A DNA stretch of 64,000 nucleotides from Escherichia coli. Lineage in GTDB: Bacteria > Pseudomonadota > Gammaproteobacteria > Enterobacterales > Enterobacteriaceae. The position numbers and the translations under genes were made by a program. Location of the stretch: assembly GCF_003334785.1 (NCBI RefSeq), contig NZ_QOWV01000011.1; one strand, written 5' to 3'. Position 1 is the first letter of the stretch. The number at the start of each line of letters is the position of its first letter. This document shows, piece after piece, positions 31,565 to 45,003 of the stretch. The notes beneath the pieces are model-generated. The model saw nothing but the letters and a program-made list of their open reading frames with translations. It did not search any database and was not told where the DNA came from.

Positions 31565-33103
31565 TTAGTGCGCACCGCCTCCGCCGCCACCTGCGCCAAA
31601 TGGCGGTTTAGCAAACCACACCAGCCCCAGCAGGACGAGGAATATCCCGGCTGACATCCAGAAGATCTCATTGGCGGAAATAATCAGCCCCTGATTGGTG
31701 ATCTGCTGGGCAATCCAGCCTGATGCCTGCTGTTGCGTCATCCCAAGCCCTTCCAGTTGACTGTACATCGCCTGGGCATTCGGGTTGAACGGGTTTACCG
31801 ACTCAGTCAACTGCGCATGGTGCATCGACTCGCGGTTGGTCCACATGGTCGTGGTTATCGACGTGCCGATAGACCCCGCCAGCGTTCGCGTAAAGTTAGA
31901 GAGGCTCGATGCCGCCGCCAGTCGTTCCGGTGGCAAACCAGACAGCGTAATGGTGGTCAGCGGCATAAAGAAGCAGGCCACCGCAAACCCCTGGATAAAC
32001 TGCGGCCAGGCCGACGCGCCAAAATCCATACCTGGTTCAAAGGTATAGGCACGCCAGTAGAAGCAGACGGCATACATAATAAAGCTGAAGGTTACCAGCC
32101 GCCGCATATCCAGTTTATGCGCGAAGCGGCCGATAATCGGCGACAGGATCACCGGAATAATCCCTACCGGCGCAGAGGCCAAACCTGCCCAGGTCGCCGT
32201 GTAACCGTAGACCTCCTGCAACAACTGCGGCAGCAGAACAATAGCGCCGAAGTAGAGCATATACGCGAGGCTGATACACAAGCAGCCGATGGTGAAGTTG
32301 CGCGACTTAAACAACGACAGATCGACTATCGGGTTATCGTCGGTCAGCTCCCAGACAATCAGGAAGCAGATAGCCACCACCGCCACCACGGTAAGGATGA
32401 TAATTTCCTGTGATGAAAACCAGTCCAGCTCTTTACCGCGGTCGAGCATAATCTGCAGGCTGCCGATACCAATAACCAGCAGTGCCAGCCCCACGGCATC
32501 AATCCGCCGCCGTTCGGTGCGGGTTTCACGTCCGCGCAGAGTTTGCAGTGTCATCAACACCACCGCCACGCCAATCGGCACGTTGATGAAGAATATCCAG
32601 CCCCAGTGGTAATTATCGCTGATATAACCGCCGAGGATCGGGCCGCAAATTGGCGCGACAATCACCGTCATCGACCACAACGCCAGCGCGATCGAGCGTT
32701 TGGCTGGCGGGTAGTTATTCAGCAATAGACTTTGCGAAAGCGGGATCAACGGCCCGGCGACAATCCCCTGAATCACGCGGAAGAAGATCAGCATATTCAG
32801 GCTGCTGGAGACACCACACGCCCACGACGCAATAGCAAAGGCGATGGTGGACCAAAGGAACAGTTTCACTTCCCCGACGCGCTTTGCCAGCCAGCCGGTA
32901 AGCGGGATCGAGATGGCATTCGCCACCCCGAAAGAAGTGATTACCCACGTTCCCTGGCTGAGCGATGAGCCCAGATTCCCGGCGATAGTGGGGATCGCCA
33001 CGTTAGCAATGGTGGAGTCCAGCACCTGCATGAATGTCGCCAGTGACAGCGCAATCGTCATAATGACCAGTTGCGCGCCTTCCAGCGGTTTTTGCTGTTG
33101 CAT
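31565..33103 (-). CDS. emrB: Multidrug efflux MFS transporter EmrB
   Basis: 512 aa from MQQQKPLEGAQLVIMTIALSLATFMQVLD; 14-TMS MFS. Confidence 0.95.
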   Translation of the reverse strand: MQQQKPLEGAQLVIMTIALSLATFMQVLDSTIANVAIPTIAGNLGSSLSQGTWVITSFGVANAISIPLTGWLAKRVGEVKLFLWSTIAFAIASWACGVSSSLNMLIFFRVIQGIVAGPLIPLSQSLLLNNYPPAKRSIALALWSMTVIVAPICGPILGGYISDNYHWGWIFFINVPIGVAVVLMTLQTLRGRETRTERRRIDAVGLALLVIGIGSLQIMLDRGKELDWFSSQEIIILTVVAVVAICFLIVWELTDDNPIVDLSLFKSRNFTIGCLCISLAYMLYFGAIVLLPQLLQEVYGYTATWAGLASAPVGIIPVILSPIIGRFAHKLDMRRLVTFSFIMYAVCFYWRAYTFEPGMDFGASAWPQFIQGFAVACFFMPLTTITLSGLPPERLAAASSLSNFTRTLAGSIGTSITTTMWTNRESMHHAQLTESVNPFNPNAQAMYSQLEGLGMTQQQASGWIAQQITNQGLIISANEIFWMSAGIFLVLLGLVWFAKPPFGAGGGGGGAH

Positions 33104-33119
33104 CACACGCACCTCTGGA

Positions 33120-34292
33120 TTAGCCAGCGTTAGCTTTTACGATATCGTCGATCAGTTTATTGACAGGTGCCAGGCTGATTTCACGCGCGGTGCTTACCGC
33201 TACCGGAGTGGAACGTACTTTATTTGCCAGTACCTGACCGTCACGGTTAGTGGTATTGACGCTCACCAGCGTGGACAAACCGATACGCAGCGGATATTGC
33301 TCCAGCTGTTTCTGGTCCAGTTCGATACGCACAGGCAGACGCTGAACGACTTTGATCCAGTTACCGGTCGCATTTTGCGCTGGAAGCAGTGAGAACGCGC
33401 TACCTGTGCCCATATCCAGACCAACCACTTTACCGGTGTATTTCACATCATCGCCGTAAATATCCGTGGTGATAGTGACCGGCTGACCGATACGCATATT
33501 GGCAATCTGCGTCTCTTTAAAGTTGGCATCCACCCACATATTGGTGGCTGGAACGACCGCCATCAGCGGCGTCGTTGGGCTAATTTGCGCCCCAGGCTGT
33601 ACCGCGCGGCGGGAGACATAACCGGTCATCGGACTGATAATACGAGTACGCTCCAGCGCCAGCCAGGCGTTACGTACTTCGGTGGCAGCCTGTTGCACGG
33701 CTGGCTGATCTTCCAGTTTAGTCCCCAGAATCATCGCCTGATTGGCATTGTATTGTTGAATCGCGACGTCCAGTTGCGCCTGGGCACTGGTGACGGCGTC
33801 GCGGGCGTGTTGCAGCTCTTCGCGACCAATCAGGTTGGCATTGCCCAGCGGCACACGGCGGTTGTAGTCGCTTTGTGCTTTCGCGAGGGCGATTTTCTGC
33901 ACCTCAATATTCGCCTGCAACTGCTTGCTGTTAATCATCAGCTGGTGGGTTTGGCGAACGCTGGAAGCCAGTGCAGTTTTGGCTTTTTCAAACGCCTGGC
34001 GAGCATCTGTCGGGTCGAGAGTGACCAGCACGTCGCCTTCTTTTACAAAATCGGTGTTATCGGCCCAGACTTTCGTCACGCTGCCAGACACCTGAGACAT
34101 AATTTGAATTTGATTCCCTGCCACGTATGCGTCATCGGTTTCTTCGAAGTGACGCAGTACCAAAAACCAATAAATCCCTATCGCTACGGCAATAATTATA
34201 AAGAGCAAGGTGAGAAGGAGGAGCAGACGCTTACGTTTGCCGCTCTTCTTTACCGGTTGCTGCGGGGTTTGAGTCTCCGCATTTGCGCTCAT
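33120..34292 (-). CDS. emrA: Multidrug efflux periplasmic adaptor EmrA
   Basis: 390 aa from MSANAETQTPQQPVKKSGKRKR; HlyD-family. Confidence 0.95.
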   Translation of the reverse strand: MSANAETQTPQQPVKKSGKRKRLLLLLTLLFIIIAVAIGIYWFLVLRHFEETDDAYVAGNQIQIMSQVSGSVTKVWADNTDFVKEGDVLVTLDPTDARQAFEKAKTALASSVRQTHQLMINSKQLQANIEVQKIALAKAQSDYNRRVPLGNANLIGREELQHARDAVTSAQAQLDVAIQQYNANQAMILGTKLEDQPAVQQAATEVRNAWLALERTRIISPMTGYVSRRAVQPGAQISPTTPLMAVVPATNMWVDANFKETQIANMRIGQPVTITTDIYGDDVKYTGKVVGLDMGTGSAFSLLPAQNATGNWIKVVQRLPVRIELDQKQLEQYPLRIGLSTLVSVNTTNRDGQVLANKVRSTPVAVSTAREISLAPVNKLIDDIVKANAG

Positions 34293-34340
34293 ATTGTTCT
34301 CCACGATCTTCTTAACTCATCGGCTGAGCCGACCTGCTTG

Positions 34341-34371
34341 CCAAAAAGGCCAGCATGTTGCGATGCTGGCC
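34341..34371 (-). terminator. Intra-operon hairpin (attenuator or terminator) between emrR and emrA
   Basis: ggccagcat-gttgcg-atgctggcc perfect 9-bp stem followed on the minus strand by TTTTT. Confidence 0.55.
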
Positions 34372-34418
34372 AGTCATTTTTTCTTTTATAAATCTGGATT
34401 TTTGAGCGAGATGACGCG

Positions 34419-34949
34419 TTAGCTCATCGCTTCGAGAACCACACCGTCTTGTTCCATCTGGTCGAGACGGGAGAGCAATTTGCGGGTGATTTGCTCGAGC
34501 TGATCTTTTTCTGTTGTGCTGAGCGCGGACCAGAGTTGATGCAGGCAGTTATGCTGCGGTGGTAAAACCTCGCGCAAAAACTCGTGACCTTTTTCCGTTA
34601 ATTGCAGATGCAGGCAGCGGCGATCGTTATCGCTTTCACGACGTTCGATCCAACCGCGTTTTTCCAGTTCATCGGCAATACGCGTCGCGTTGGTACGGGA
34701 TGATCCAAGAGCACAACTTAATTCAGAAGGCTGAATACTGTGGTTTTCCTGAGACTCCAGCGTAATCAACGCCATAAACAACGTCTCGTTAATCCCCTGA
34801 GCCTTCAGCATTTTATTGCGGTTCTCCAGCAGCTTGCTTTGCATGTGCATGCAAAGACGAGTCAGAAGGATCTCCTGATAAGGAAAATCTTCGTGGCGGC
34901 TGGCGCGAAATTTTAGCATTTGTTCAATGGGCGTAAACGAACTATCCAT
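34419..34949 (-). CDS. emrR: MarR-family repressor EmrR (MprA)
   Basis: 176 aa MarR winged helix, upstream of emrAB. Confidence 0.95.
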
Positions 34950-35039
34950 TTGGGTATGACCTCATTAATTTCAGCCGATATAGTAACGACAGTGACAAAT
35001 AAAGTAAATGTATTGTTTTAGAAAAATGATTCTTGTGGG

Positions 35040-35375
35040 TTATATAATCGCCATCACTTTCCAGGCGAGCCCATAGGCCAGCGCACTAAGCAGTGTTGGG
35101 ATGATAATGCTGCGTGTTTTATAGAAACTGGCACCCAGTACCGCGAAGCCGACCAGCGTGGGCACGAAACGGCGTGTATCGTGCATCACTTCTGGTGCGG
35201 TAGAGACAACCAGCAGAGCGCATATCGAGGCGATGCCAATGGTGTCGAGCAAAATACCTACCGCGCCACGTTTGGTTGGGCGGGCATTACCCACACGCAG
35301 GCGCAGCGGCAAATAGCGGAAGCAATAATTCGCCACGCCAACTAGTAACCCAAGCAGCAGAACCTCATAGCTCAT
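35040..35375 (-). CDS. ygaH: AzlD-like branched-chain amino acid exporter subunit YgaH
   Basis: 111 aa small membrane protein overlapping ygaZ stop. Confidence 0.88.
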
Positions 35376-36102
35376 CGGGCGCTCCTTGCCAGAATGCCTG
35401 GATTAACGCAGTGAGGCAGCCACAGACAATGCCTGCCAGAATGGCGACGGGAATAGAAAATAGCGTTACGCCTGCAAGGGCACCAACTAACGCTGCGGTA
35501 ACGCAAAGAGATTGTTTGCGCTGGAAAGAGGCGAGCAGGAAACTCATAAAGAGTGCCGGAAGCATAAAACCTAATGCAGCTTCAACGGCGGGATAACCTT
35601 GCAGCAAGCCGCTGCCGGAGAATGCCCCTATTACCGTACCAAATACCCACGATGACCATGAACTGAAGGCAATGCCGATCATCCAGTTCTCGCTCCAGCG
35701 GCGATTATTGCGTACCAGTTTTGCGGTTGCGGCGGCAAAAACCTCATCCGTCAGGCCAAACGCCCACAGGGCGGTTTTCGATTTTTGCAGACGCTGAATA
35801 ATACGGCTACGCAGTGACGGGCCATACAACACATGGCGAACATCCATTGCCATGACGGTCAGTGCAGCAATCCACAAACTACTCCCGGCTGCCAGCATCG
35901 CGGTAATGACGAACTGGCTCGCGCCTGCATAAATGATGCAGGAGAAAAAAACGCTTTCGAGAGGAGAGAATCCCAGACGGGTCGCATTCAGACCGAACGC
36001 AAAGGCCACCGGAATATAACTAATAACAATCGGTAAACTGTCTTTGCATCCTTCCATGAAGGTCGCCGAACCAGGAGCAGGCTGTGGAGTAGGGCTTTCC
36101 AT
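35365..36102 (-). CDS. ygaZ: AzlC-like branched-chain amino acid exporter subunit YgaZ
   Basis: 245 aa membrane ORF. Confidence 0.88.
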
Positions 36103-36225
36103 AGAGTGTACGCTTAACGATTGTTAATATTATAAATAGACTGAATGAATATCTTAACCTTATCAGACTGATGGGCTTCTTAACACCCTTATAAGTGTAA
36201 AGCCACGAAAACGGTTGCTGATTGC

Positions 36226-37410
36226 TTAATTTGCGGCTTCCTGACGATGAAAACCTCGCCACCAGACCAGTAAGTTAACCAGGGCAATCGTCGCGCCAGC
36301 CAGACAAACGCCAGCCCAACCGCCATGTTGCCAGGCTGAGGCTGAAATTAGCGAACCGGCGGCACCGCCAATAAAGTAGCTAGTCATGTAACCTGCGGTC
36401 AGGCGATTGCGCGCATCAGGATGTATCCGATAAATTACCGTCTGGTTAGTGATATGCACGCCCTGCACGGTGAGATCCAGCACCAGGATTCCGATAATCA
36501 ACGCCAGTACGGAAGTGTGACCAAACCAGATCGCCAGCCATGAAAGTAATAGCAGCAGCAGACCGAAAGTTGTGGTGTGGTGCGATTTGCCCTTATCGGC
36601 AAAACCGCCCGCCGGACGAGCGCCCAACGCTCCGGCAGCTCCCGCAAGTCCAAACAGACCAATGACACCATCGCTGTAGTTAAAAGGTGGAGCGGCAAGC
36701 AAAAAGGCCATTGAGGTCCAGAGAATGCTGAAATTGGCAAAGGTCAGGCAGCCCAGCAACGCGCGGGTACGCAGAATTTTATCGCTGATAAACATACTGA
36801 AAACGGAACCCAACAACTGTGGGTAGTTGAGGTGGGTTTCTGATTTCATTTGTGGCAGACCACGCCATAATGCCAGCGCCATCAGTGCCATTAACACCGA
36901 AGCAACCCAAAAGACGGTGCGCCAGCCGCCGAGATTCGCCAGCAATCCGGCAACTGTCCGTGCCAGCAAGATCCCCAACAGCAGACCGCTCATAATAGTG
37001 CCAACCACTTTGCCGCGTTTATCCGGTGAAGCCAGCGTCGCTGCCAGCGGAACCAGAATTTGTGCCACGACTGAGAATAAACCGGTTAATGCCGTACCGA
37101 GGATCATCATCGCCAGCGACTGACTGCTGGCGGTAATCAACATGCCGCATGCCGCCAGTAAGGTCATCGAGACAATCAGGCGGCGGCGTTCAAACATATC
37201 ACCGAGGGGAACAAGAAACAGTAGACCTGCGGCATAGCCCAACTGCGCGGCGGTAACAATAAAGCCTGCCGAACTGGCGGAAAGGGAAAAGTTACGCGCG
37301 ATGGTGTCGAGCAATGGCTGGGCGTAATAGTTACTGGCTACCGCCAGACCGGTGGCGATAGACATCAGCACGATCAGCGCCGGGCTAAGCTCATGATTAG
37401 GTTTAGTCAT
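36226..37410 (-). CDS. ygaY: MFS transporter YgaY, uninterrupted here
   Basis: Single 394 aa ORF with MFS hydropathy pattern; position between ygaZ and proX. Confidence 0.85.
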   Translation of the reverse strand: MTKPNHELSPALIVLMSIATGLAVASNYYAQPLLDTIARNFSLSASSAGFIVTAAQLGYAAGLLFLVPLGDMFERRRLIVSMTLLAACGMLITASSQSLAMMILGTALTGLFSVVAQILVPLAATLASPDKRGKVVGTIMSGLLLGILLARTVAGLLANLGGWRTVFWVASVLMALMALALWRGLPQMKSETHLNYPQLLGSVFSMFISDKILRTRALLGCLTFANFSILWTSMAFLLAAPPFNYSDGVIGLFGLAGAAGALGARPAGGFADKGKSHHTTTFGLLLLLLSWLAIWFGHTSVLALIIGILVLDLTVQGVHITNQTVIYRIHPDARNRLTAGYMTSYFIGGAAGSLISASAWQHGGWAGVCLAGATIALVNLLVWWRGFHRQEAAN

Positions 37411-37511
37411 TATTTTTGTTCATCAGGTGATGATTAAGCTGGAAATCAATAATAGCGGATGTTGATGAATATGGGATGAAAGATAGATTGTTGAAATGTG
37501 CGATGTGGTTT

Positions 37512-37593
37512 GTAGGCATGATAAGACGCGCCAGCGTCGCATCAGGCATTGTGCACAGAACGGCGGATGCGGCAAAAACGCCTTATCCGCCCG
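37512..37593. repeat. REP cluster, two units
   Basis: gtaggcatgataagacgcgccagcgtcgcatcaggca and cggcggatgcggcaaaaacgccttatccgcccg. Confidence 0.85.
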
Positions 37594-37601
37594 AATAAAA
37601 A

Positions 37602-38594
37602 TTACTTCTGCGCTGCCAGCGCCTCATTCACCCAGCCATCGAACTGCTGCTGGTGGGCTTTGATCCAACCATCAACGTGTCCCTGAATATCGCCTTCTGA
37701 GGCTTTGCCGTCATGCATAATGGCGTTCTGGGCGTTAATATCTGCCACTGGCAACTGCATAATGGCAAACAGTTTCGCTGCTGCCGGGTTTTTCTCAGCC
37801 CAGGCTTTGTTGGCAACGATATGCATGGTGCTGACCGGGAAGCCATAATTCGCACCATTCGGCAGTTTGGTATCGGCGTTTTTATCGCCCGGCAGTGCGG
37901 AGAACGGCACCTGCAACCAGACGACATCTTTGCCCGGCTTCAGTTCGTTACTCACCCAGTACGGCGTCCAGGTGTAATAAAACACCGGTTTGCCCTCTTT
38001 GTAGCGACTGATGGTGTCGGCCATCATCGCTGCGTAGTTCCCCTGATTATGCGTCACGGTGTTGGTCAGTTCATACGCGGCAAGCTGGTGGTTGATCGCA
38101 CCTTCGCAGCCCCAGCCAGGGTTACAACCGGTTAAATCCGCTTTTCCGTCGCCGTTGGTATCGAACAGTTTGGCGATCTTCGGATCTTTCAGTTGTGCGA
38201 TGTTGGTGATTTTGTACTGGTCGGCGGTTTTCTTATCGATCAGGTAACCCTGTGCCGCGCCGTTAACAAATACCCCTTCACGATAAAATTTCTTATCGCC
38301 ACCGGCAGCTTCGTACATGTTGTCATGCAGTGGCGTCCAGTTCACGGCGGTGAAGGTTGCATCGCCGGAAGCAAGCGAGGTGTAGCCAACGTTGTAATCT
38401 ACTTCGCTGGGTTTGTTGACGGTATAACCTAATTTCTCCAGCGCACGACTGACCAGCAGCGTCTGGAAGGTTTCTTCAGTGATGGTGCTCTGAACTGGAT
38501 TAACAGTAATGCCTTTGCCCGGCAGATCGGCAGCAAAAGTTTGTGTAGAGATAAGCGTGGCAAACGCTGTCGCAAAAAGTACGCTATGTCGCAT
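37602..38594 (-). CDS. proX: Glycine betaine/proline ABC transporter periplasmic binding protein ProX
   Basis: 330 aa from [21 protein letters not shown] (signal peptide). Confidence 0.95.
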
Positions 38595-38651
38595 TGTTAT
38601 TCCTTTTTTTGGCAGGGTGATAATGCCCGGCGTCACCGGGCAAGTGCAGAG

Positions 38652-39716
38652 TTACTTAATGAATGGGCGGGTCAGCAGACCAACAGGGCCAGTGGTGTAC
38701 CAGCGACGGTTGCCGCGACTGCGTGAGTCGCGCCCAACGGCCTGCGTCAGACGATCGAGGATAATGGCGAGGATCACAATCCCGACGCCGCCAACGGTGG
38801 CAAGCCCCATATCCAGACGACCGATACCGCGAAGTACCATCTGACCCAACCCGCCGACGGCAATCATCGAGGCGATGACCACCATAGAAAGGGCCAGCAT
38901 CAGCGTCTGGTTAACGCCCGCCATAATGGTCGGCATCGCCAGCGGTAACTGAACTTTGAACAGCATCTGGCGCGGGCTGGCACCGAATGAGCGCGAGGCT
39001 TCAATCAGATCCGCCGGAACCTGGTTAATCCCCAGAATGGTCAGACGGATAATCGGCGGCAGAGCAAAGATGATCGTCACCACCACGCCCGGCACGTTAC
39101 CGATACCAAATAGCATGACGATTGGCACCAGATAAACAAACGCTGGCGTGGTCTGCATGGCATCAAGCAGTGGACGAATAATTTTCGCCGCTCGCGGACT
39201 TCTCGCCAGCCATATCCCCAACGGCAAACCGATGACGATACAGAACAGCAGGGCGGTTAACACCAGCGCCAGAGTCACCATTGCCTGCGACCAGGCACCG
39301 ATTGCGCCGATGGCAATCAGCGAAACCAGCGTCGCCACACCCATTCCGACCCCGGAAATCTGCCAGGCGATGAGAGCGAAAACGATAATCGCCACCGGTG
39401 CGGGCATACCCAGCAGCAATTGCTGGAAACCGTTGAGGATATAATCAACCGGAACGCGCACGCCCTGGAAGACGGGACGGAAATGGGTAACGACCCAGTC
39501 GATCCCTTCAGTGACCCAACTGTCGAGCGGGATCAGCGTTTTATGGAACGGATCGAGAATATTAAAATGCTCGACGTTTGGCGCAGGCGTACTGGTCAGC
39601 CAGTCAGCACCACCGCCGTCAGTCGGTGCAGTCGTCGGTGTACCCCAGGCGTCTGCGGATTGCGCGGCACTGTCCGCCGCTGGCGTGGTATCCCACGGAT
39701 TATTTTGATCAGCCAT
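38652..39716 (-). CDS. proW: Glycine betaine/proline ABC transporter permease ProW
   Basis: 354 aa membrane ORF overlapping proV stop. Confidence 0.95.
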   Translation of the reverse strand: MADQNNPWDTTPAADSAAQSADAWGTPTTAPTDGGGADWLTSTPAPNVEHFNILDPFHKTLIPLDSWVTEGIDWVVTHFRPVFQGVRVPVDYILNGFQQLLLGMPAPVAIIVFALIAWQISGVGMGVATLVSLIAIGAIGAWSQAMVTLALVLTALLFCIVIGLPLGIWLARSPRAAKIIRPLLDAMQTTPAFVYLVPIVMLFGIGNVPGVVVTIIFALPPIIRLTILGINQVPADLIEASRSFGASPRQMLFKVQLPLAMPTIMAGVNQTLMLALSMVVIASMIAVGGLGQMVLRGIGRLDMGLATVGGVGIVILAIILDRLTQAVGRDSRSRGNRRWYTTGPVGLLTRPFIK

Positions 39717-40911
39717 TATTTACCCCCTCACGATCTAAAGCGCGCAGCAGCATTCCTTTCGAAATGATGCCGACATACTGTTGGTCCTCGTCGACCACGG
39801 GCACCGCACAGGGTGCCTGTCCGACATGAGAGAGCAACTCGCTAAGAGGCGTTTGTGCATCGACTGCTAACGGCGCATCAATCAGCGCCGCATCAAGACC
39901 TTGCTGCTGCGTTAACGCGGTTTTAAGCGAATCGATGGAGACTGCGCCGACAAACTTATTACCGCGTTCGATAACGTAGCCATATTCGCGATCTTCATCC
40001 TGCAATAATTTCAGTGCCGAACGTGGGCCGAAGCCAGGGGTTTTACGAATTAAGCCATTCGGTGTCCGGCGGGCAATATCTTTCGCACTGAATACCTGAC
40101 TAATATCAACGCCACGGAAGAAGGTACGGACATAATCATTCGCCGGATTATTGAGAATTTCATCCGGTGTGCCGACCTGTACCACTTCACCATTTTGCAT
40201 AATGGCAATTCGGTCGCCAATACGCATGGCTTCATCAAGATCGTGGGAAATAAAGACAATGGTGCGCTGATGTTTCGCCTGTAATTTTACCAGCTCATCC
40301 TGCATCTCGGTGCGAATTAATGGATCGAGCGCCGAGAAGGCTTCGTCCATTAATAATATATCCGGATTAATCGCTAACGCGCGGGCTAATCCCACACGTT
40401 GACGCATCCCGCCAGAGAGTTCATCCGGGTAGCTGTGGGCATAATTTTCCAGCCCGACCTGACGCAGTGCATCAAGGGCTTTTTCCCGGCGTTCTTCGGC
40501 ATTAATTCCGGCCAATTCCATACCGAACGCAGTATTGTCCAGCACGGTCATATGCGGCATTAAGGCAAAGGACTGGAAGACCATCGCAATCTTTTTTCTG
40601 CGCACCTCACGGAGTTCGGCGTCGGATATTTTGGCAATATCCACACCATCAATCAGCACTTGCCCGCGGGTGGGTTCAATCAGGCGATTGAGAAGGCGTA
40701 CCATTGTGGATTTACCCGAGCCGGATAATCCCATGATGACAAATATCTCGCCTTCTTCAATGGCCAGACTGGCGTCTTTTACGCCAAGCGATAGCCCAGT
40801 TTTTTCCAGAATTTGTTCTTTTGAAAGTCCTTGTTCGATATATTTGAACGCTCGCTGTGGATGCTCGCCAAATATTTTATAAAGATTTTTAATTTCTAAT
40901 TTAATTGCCAT
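39709..40911 (-). CDS. proV: Glycine betaine/proline ABC transporter ATPase ProV
   Basis: 400 aa from [19 protein letters not shown]; Walker [11 protein letters not shown]-terminal CBS domains; track ORF N-terminal extension rejected. Confidence 0.95.
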   Translation of the reverse strand: MAIKLEIKNLYKIFGEHPQRAFKYIEQGLSKEQILEKTGLSLGVKDASLAIEEGEIFVIMGLSGSGKSTMVRLLNRLIEPTRGQVLIDGVDIAKISDAELREVRRKKIAMVFQSFALMPHMTVLDNTAFGMELAGINAEERREKALDALRQVGLENYAHSYPDELSGGMRQRVGLARALAINPDILLMDEAFSALDPLIRTEMQDELVKLQAKHQRTIVFISHDLDEAMRIGDRIAIMQNGEVVQVGTPDEILNNPANDYVRTFFRGVDISQVFSAKDIARRTPNGLIRKTPGFGPRSALKLLQDEDREYGYVIERGNKFVGAVSIDSLKTALTQQQGLDAALIDAPLAVDAQTPLSELLSHVGQAPCAVPVVDEDQQYVGIISKGMLLRALDREGVNNG

Positions 40912-41264
40912 GCAATAGAAAGATTCCTTTATTTGTCTATGTCGATATATTACCCAATGGAAATAGTCACTTTTTTCTACCCTAACATACTGAGAATCTG
41001 AGGCAACCCCTGATGGCAAATGTGGCATGAATATTGATGCGAGCAAATCGCCGGAATTTCCCGTGATATAAGGGCTGAGAGCAAATCGAGAAAGTTGATA
41101 TTTTTTGTCAAAGATAGCGAAAAAACGCCTGAATATTGTGGTTTCAGGCGAATAATGCAACAGAGTATCAGTGTAGATCACCACAAATTATTTGCGTGAT
41201 AAAAAGCTATTTGGCGGGAATTATTTCCCTGCTGCGGGTAGTGATATTTTTGAAAATAACACCC

Positions 41265-42233
<969 letters not shown>

Positions 42234-44378
42234 TTAAAGTGCACAGGAGACGCAGCCTTCAATTTCAGTGCCTTCCAGCGCCATCTGACGCAGGCGGATG
42301 TAATAGAGCGTTTTGATACCCTTGCGCCAGGCGTAAATCTGCGCTTTGTTGATATCGCGAGTGGTGGCGGTATCGGGGAAAAAAAGCGTCAGCGACAGCC
42401 CCTGATCGACATGGCGAGTCGCTTCCGCGTAGGTGTCGATGATCTTTTCTGCGCCAATTTCGTAAGCGTCCTGATACAGCGCCAGATTCTCGTTAGTCAT
42501 AAACGGGGCAGGGTAGTAAACGCGTCCTGTTTTGCCCTCTTTGCGTATCTCTACTTTCGCCACAATCGGATGAATACTCGACGTAGCATGGTTGATATAA
42601 GAGATAGAACCGGTTGGCGGCACCGCCTGAAGATTCTGGTTGTATATGCCGTAGCGCATCACGTCGTCGCGCAGCTGCGCCCACATCTCACGGGTAGGTA
42701 ACGTAATACCGCTACGGGTAAACAGTTCGCCAACTTTCGCCGTTTTCGGCTGCCAGTTCCCTTGCAGATATTGGCTAAAATATTCACCACTGGCATAGCG
42801 TGACTGTTTGAACCCGGCGAAGGTTTCACCGCGTTCGCGTGCCAGCAACATCGAGGTACGCAGTGCATGCCAGGTGATGGCATAGAAATAGAGATTGGTG
42901 AAATCCAGTGCTTCCGGCGAACCATAAGCGATGCCTTCTCGCGCCAGATAGCCGTGTAAATTCATCTGCCCCAGTCCGATGGCGTGCGAGGCGGCATTTC
43001 CGGCTTCGATGGACGGCACGCTGCGGATATGACTCATATCTGATACTGCCGTTAAACCGCGCACGGCAGTCTCTACCGTGCGGGCAAAATCGGGGGAATC
43101 CATGGTGTGCGCAATATTCAACGAACCTAAATTGCAGGAAATATCATGGCCTGTGCGGGTATAGTCGAGATTCTCGTCATACTCTGAGGCGCTGTTAACC
43201 TGCAAAATTTCTGAGCAGAGATTACTCATATTTATGCGCCCGGCGATAGGGTTAGCACGGTTTACCGTGTCTTCATACATGATGTAGGGATAGCCGGACT
43301 CAAACTGGATTTCTGCCAGTCGCTGGAAGAAATCACGGGCGTTGAGGTATTTTTTGCGAATGCGTTCATCGGCAACCAGTTCGTCATAGTGTTGGCTGAT
43401 GGCCACATCGGCAAACGGCTTGCCATAAACTCGCTCTACGTCATAAGGCGAAAACAGCGCCATCTGCGCATTCTCTTTTGCCAGATGGAAAGTGATATCC
43501 GGGATCACCACGCCAAGCGACAGTGTTTTAATGCGGATTTTTTCGTCGGCATTTTCCCGTTTCGTGTCGAGAAAACGCAGAATATCGGGATGATGAGCAT
43601 GTAAATAGACTGCACCAGCCCCCTGACGAGCGCCGAGTTGGTTGGCATAGGAAAATGCGTCTTCCAGCATTTTCATCACCGGAATTACGCCAGAAGATTG
43701 ATTTTCAATACGTTTAATTGGCGCGCCCGCTTCTCGCAGATTCGACAGCAAAAATGCTACGCCGCCGCCGCGTTTCGACAGCTGCAGTGCGGAATTTACC
43801 GCCCGACCAATCGACTCCATATTGTCTTCAATACGCAGCAAAAAACAGGAAACCAGTTCGCCGCGCTGCTGCTTACCGCAGTTGAGGAATGTTGGCGTGG
43901 CTGGCTGAAAGCGTCCTGACAGCATTTCATCGGTCAGTTGCAACGCCAGCGTCTCATCGCCTTGTGCCAGCGTCAGCGCCACCATCGTTACTCGATCGGC
44001 AAAATCTTCCAGATAACGTTTACCGTCGAATGTCTTCAACGTATAGCTGGTGTAAAACTTCCATGCCCCGAGGAATGTCTGGAAACGAAAACCGCTGGTG
44101 TGTGCGTGGGCAAACAGCGTAATGACAAAGTCGCGAGAGTAGCGATTAAGAACGCTTTCATCATAGTAACCTTCGTTGACCAGCCAGTTCAGGCGCTGCT
44201 GCTGGCTACTGAAGGTCACACTGTTCGGACGCACATGCGTCGCAATAAAGGCGTCAACGGCCTGGCGGTCTTTATCGAACTGAATGCGACCTGCGCTATC
44301 GTAGAGGTTAAGCATCGCATTCAGCGCGTGGTAATCCATCGTTTCCTGCGTCAGGCATTCTGCGGTTGTCGTTGCCAA
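42234..44378 (-). CDS. nrdE: Class Ib ribonucleotide reductase alpha subunit NrdE
   Basis: 714 aa. Confidence 0.95.
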
Positions 44379-44761
44379 AATTCGGTTACTCCTTTACGAA
44401 CGTTTTCGATATCGCTTTGCGTACCCATGAGTTCAAAACGGTACAGCCACGGCACGCCGCATTTCCGGGCAATCACATCTCCGGCGCGGCCATACGCCTC
44501 ACCAAAGTTGCGATTACCAGAAGCAATAACGCCGCGAAGCAACGCCCGGTTGTGCTCGTCGTTTAAAAAGCGAATTACCTGTCGTGGCACCGCGCCAGCC
44601 GTACCGCCGCCGCCGTAAGAGGGCACGATCAGGATGTAAGGCTCGTCTACCTGAATCCGTTCCCGCTCATTGAGCGGGATGCGCACCGCGGGCAGACCTA
44701 AACGTTCGATAAAACGCTGCGTGTTTTCGGAGCTGCTGGAGAAGTAGACGAGCTGGCTCAT
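44351..44761 (-). CDS. nrdI: Flavodoxin-like NrdI
   Basis: 136 aa overlapping nrdE start. Confidence 0.93.
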
Positions 44762-45003
44762 GCACTGGCCGCGTGTGGCGCTGGATGCAGACGGTTAATC
44801 ATGTCCGGACGGAAACCAGACCAGCTAAGATCGCCAGCAATCACTACCGGCAACTGACGAAAGCCCTGAGCACGCAACGCTTCTGCCGCTTCAGGAACGC
44901 GATCGACATTAATCATTTCAAAATCAAAGCCCCGGTTTTCCATCGCCCGTTTGGTGGCGTGGCACTGAACGCAATCGTTACGAGTGTAAATAGTAATGCG
45001 CAT
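44758..45003 (-). CDS. nrdH: Glutaredoxin-like NrdH
   Basis: 81 aa, CVQC redox motif. Confidence 0.93.

Noticed and set aside
40912-41184. 91-codon N-terminal extension of proV in the track
   Set aside because: The extension lies in the proU promoter region; the ATG at 40911 gives the expected [13 protein letters not shown]-terminus and a 400-aa protein.
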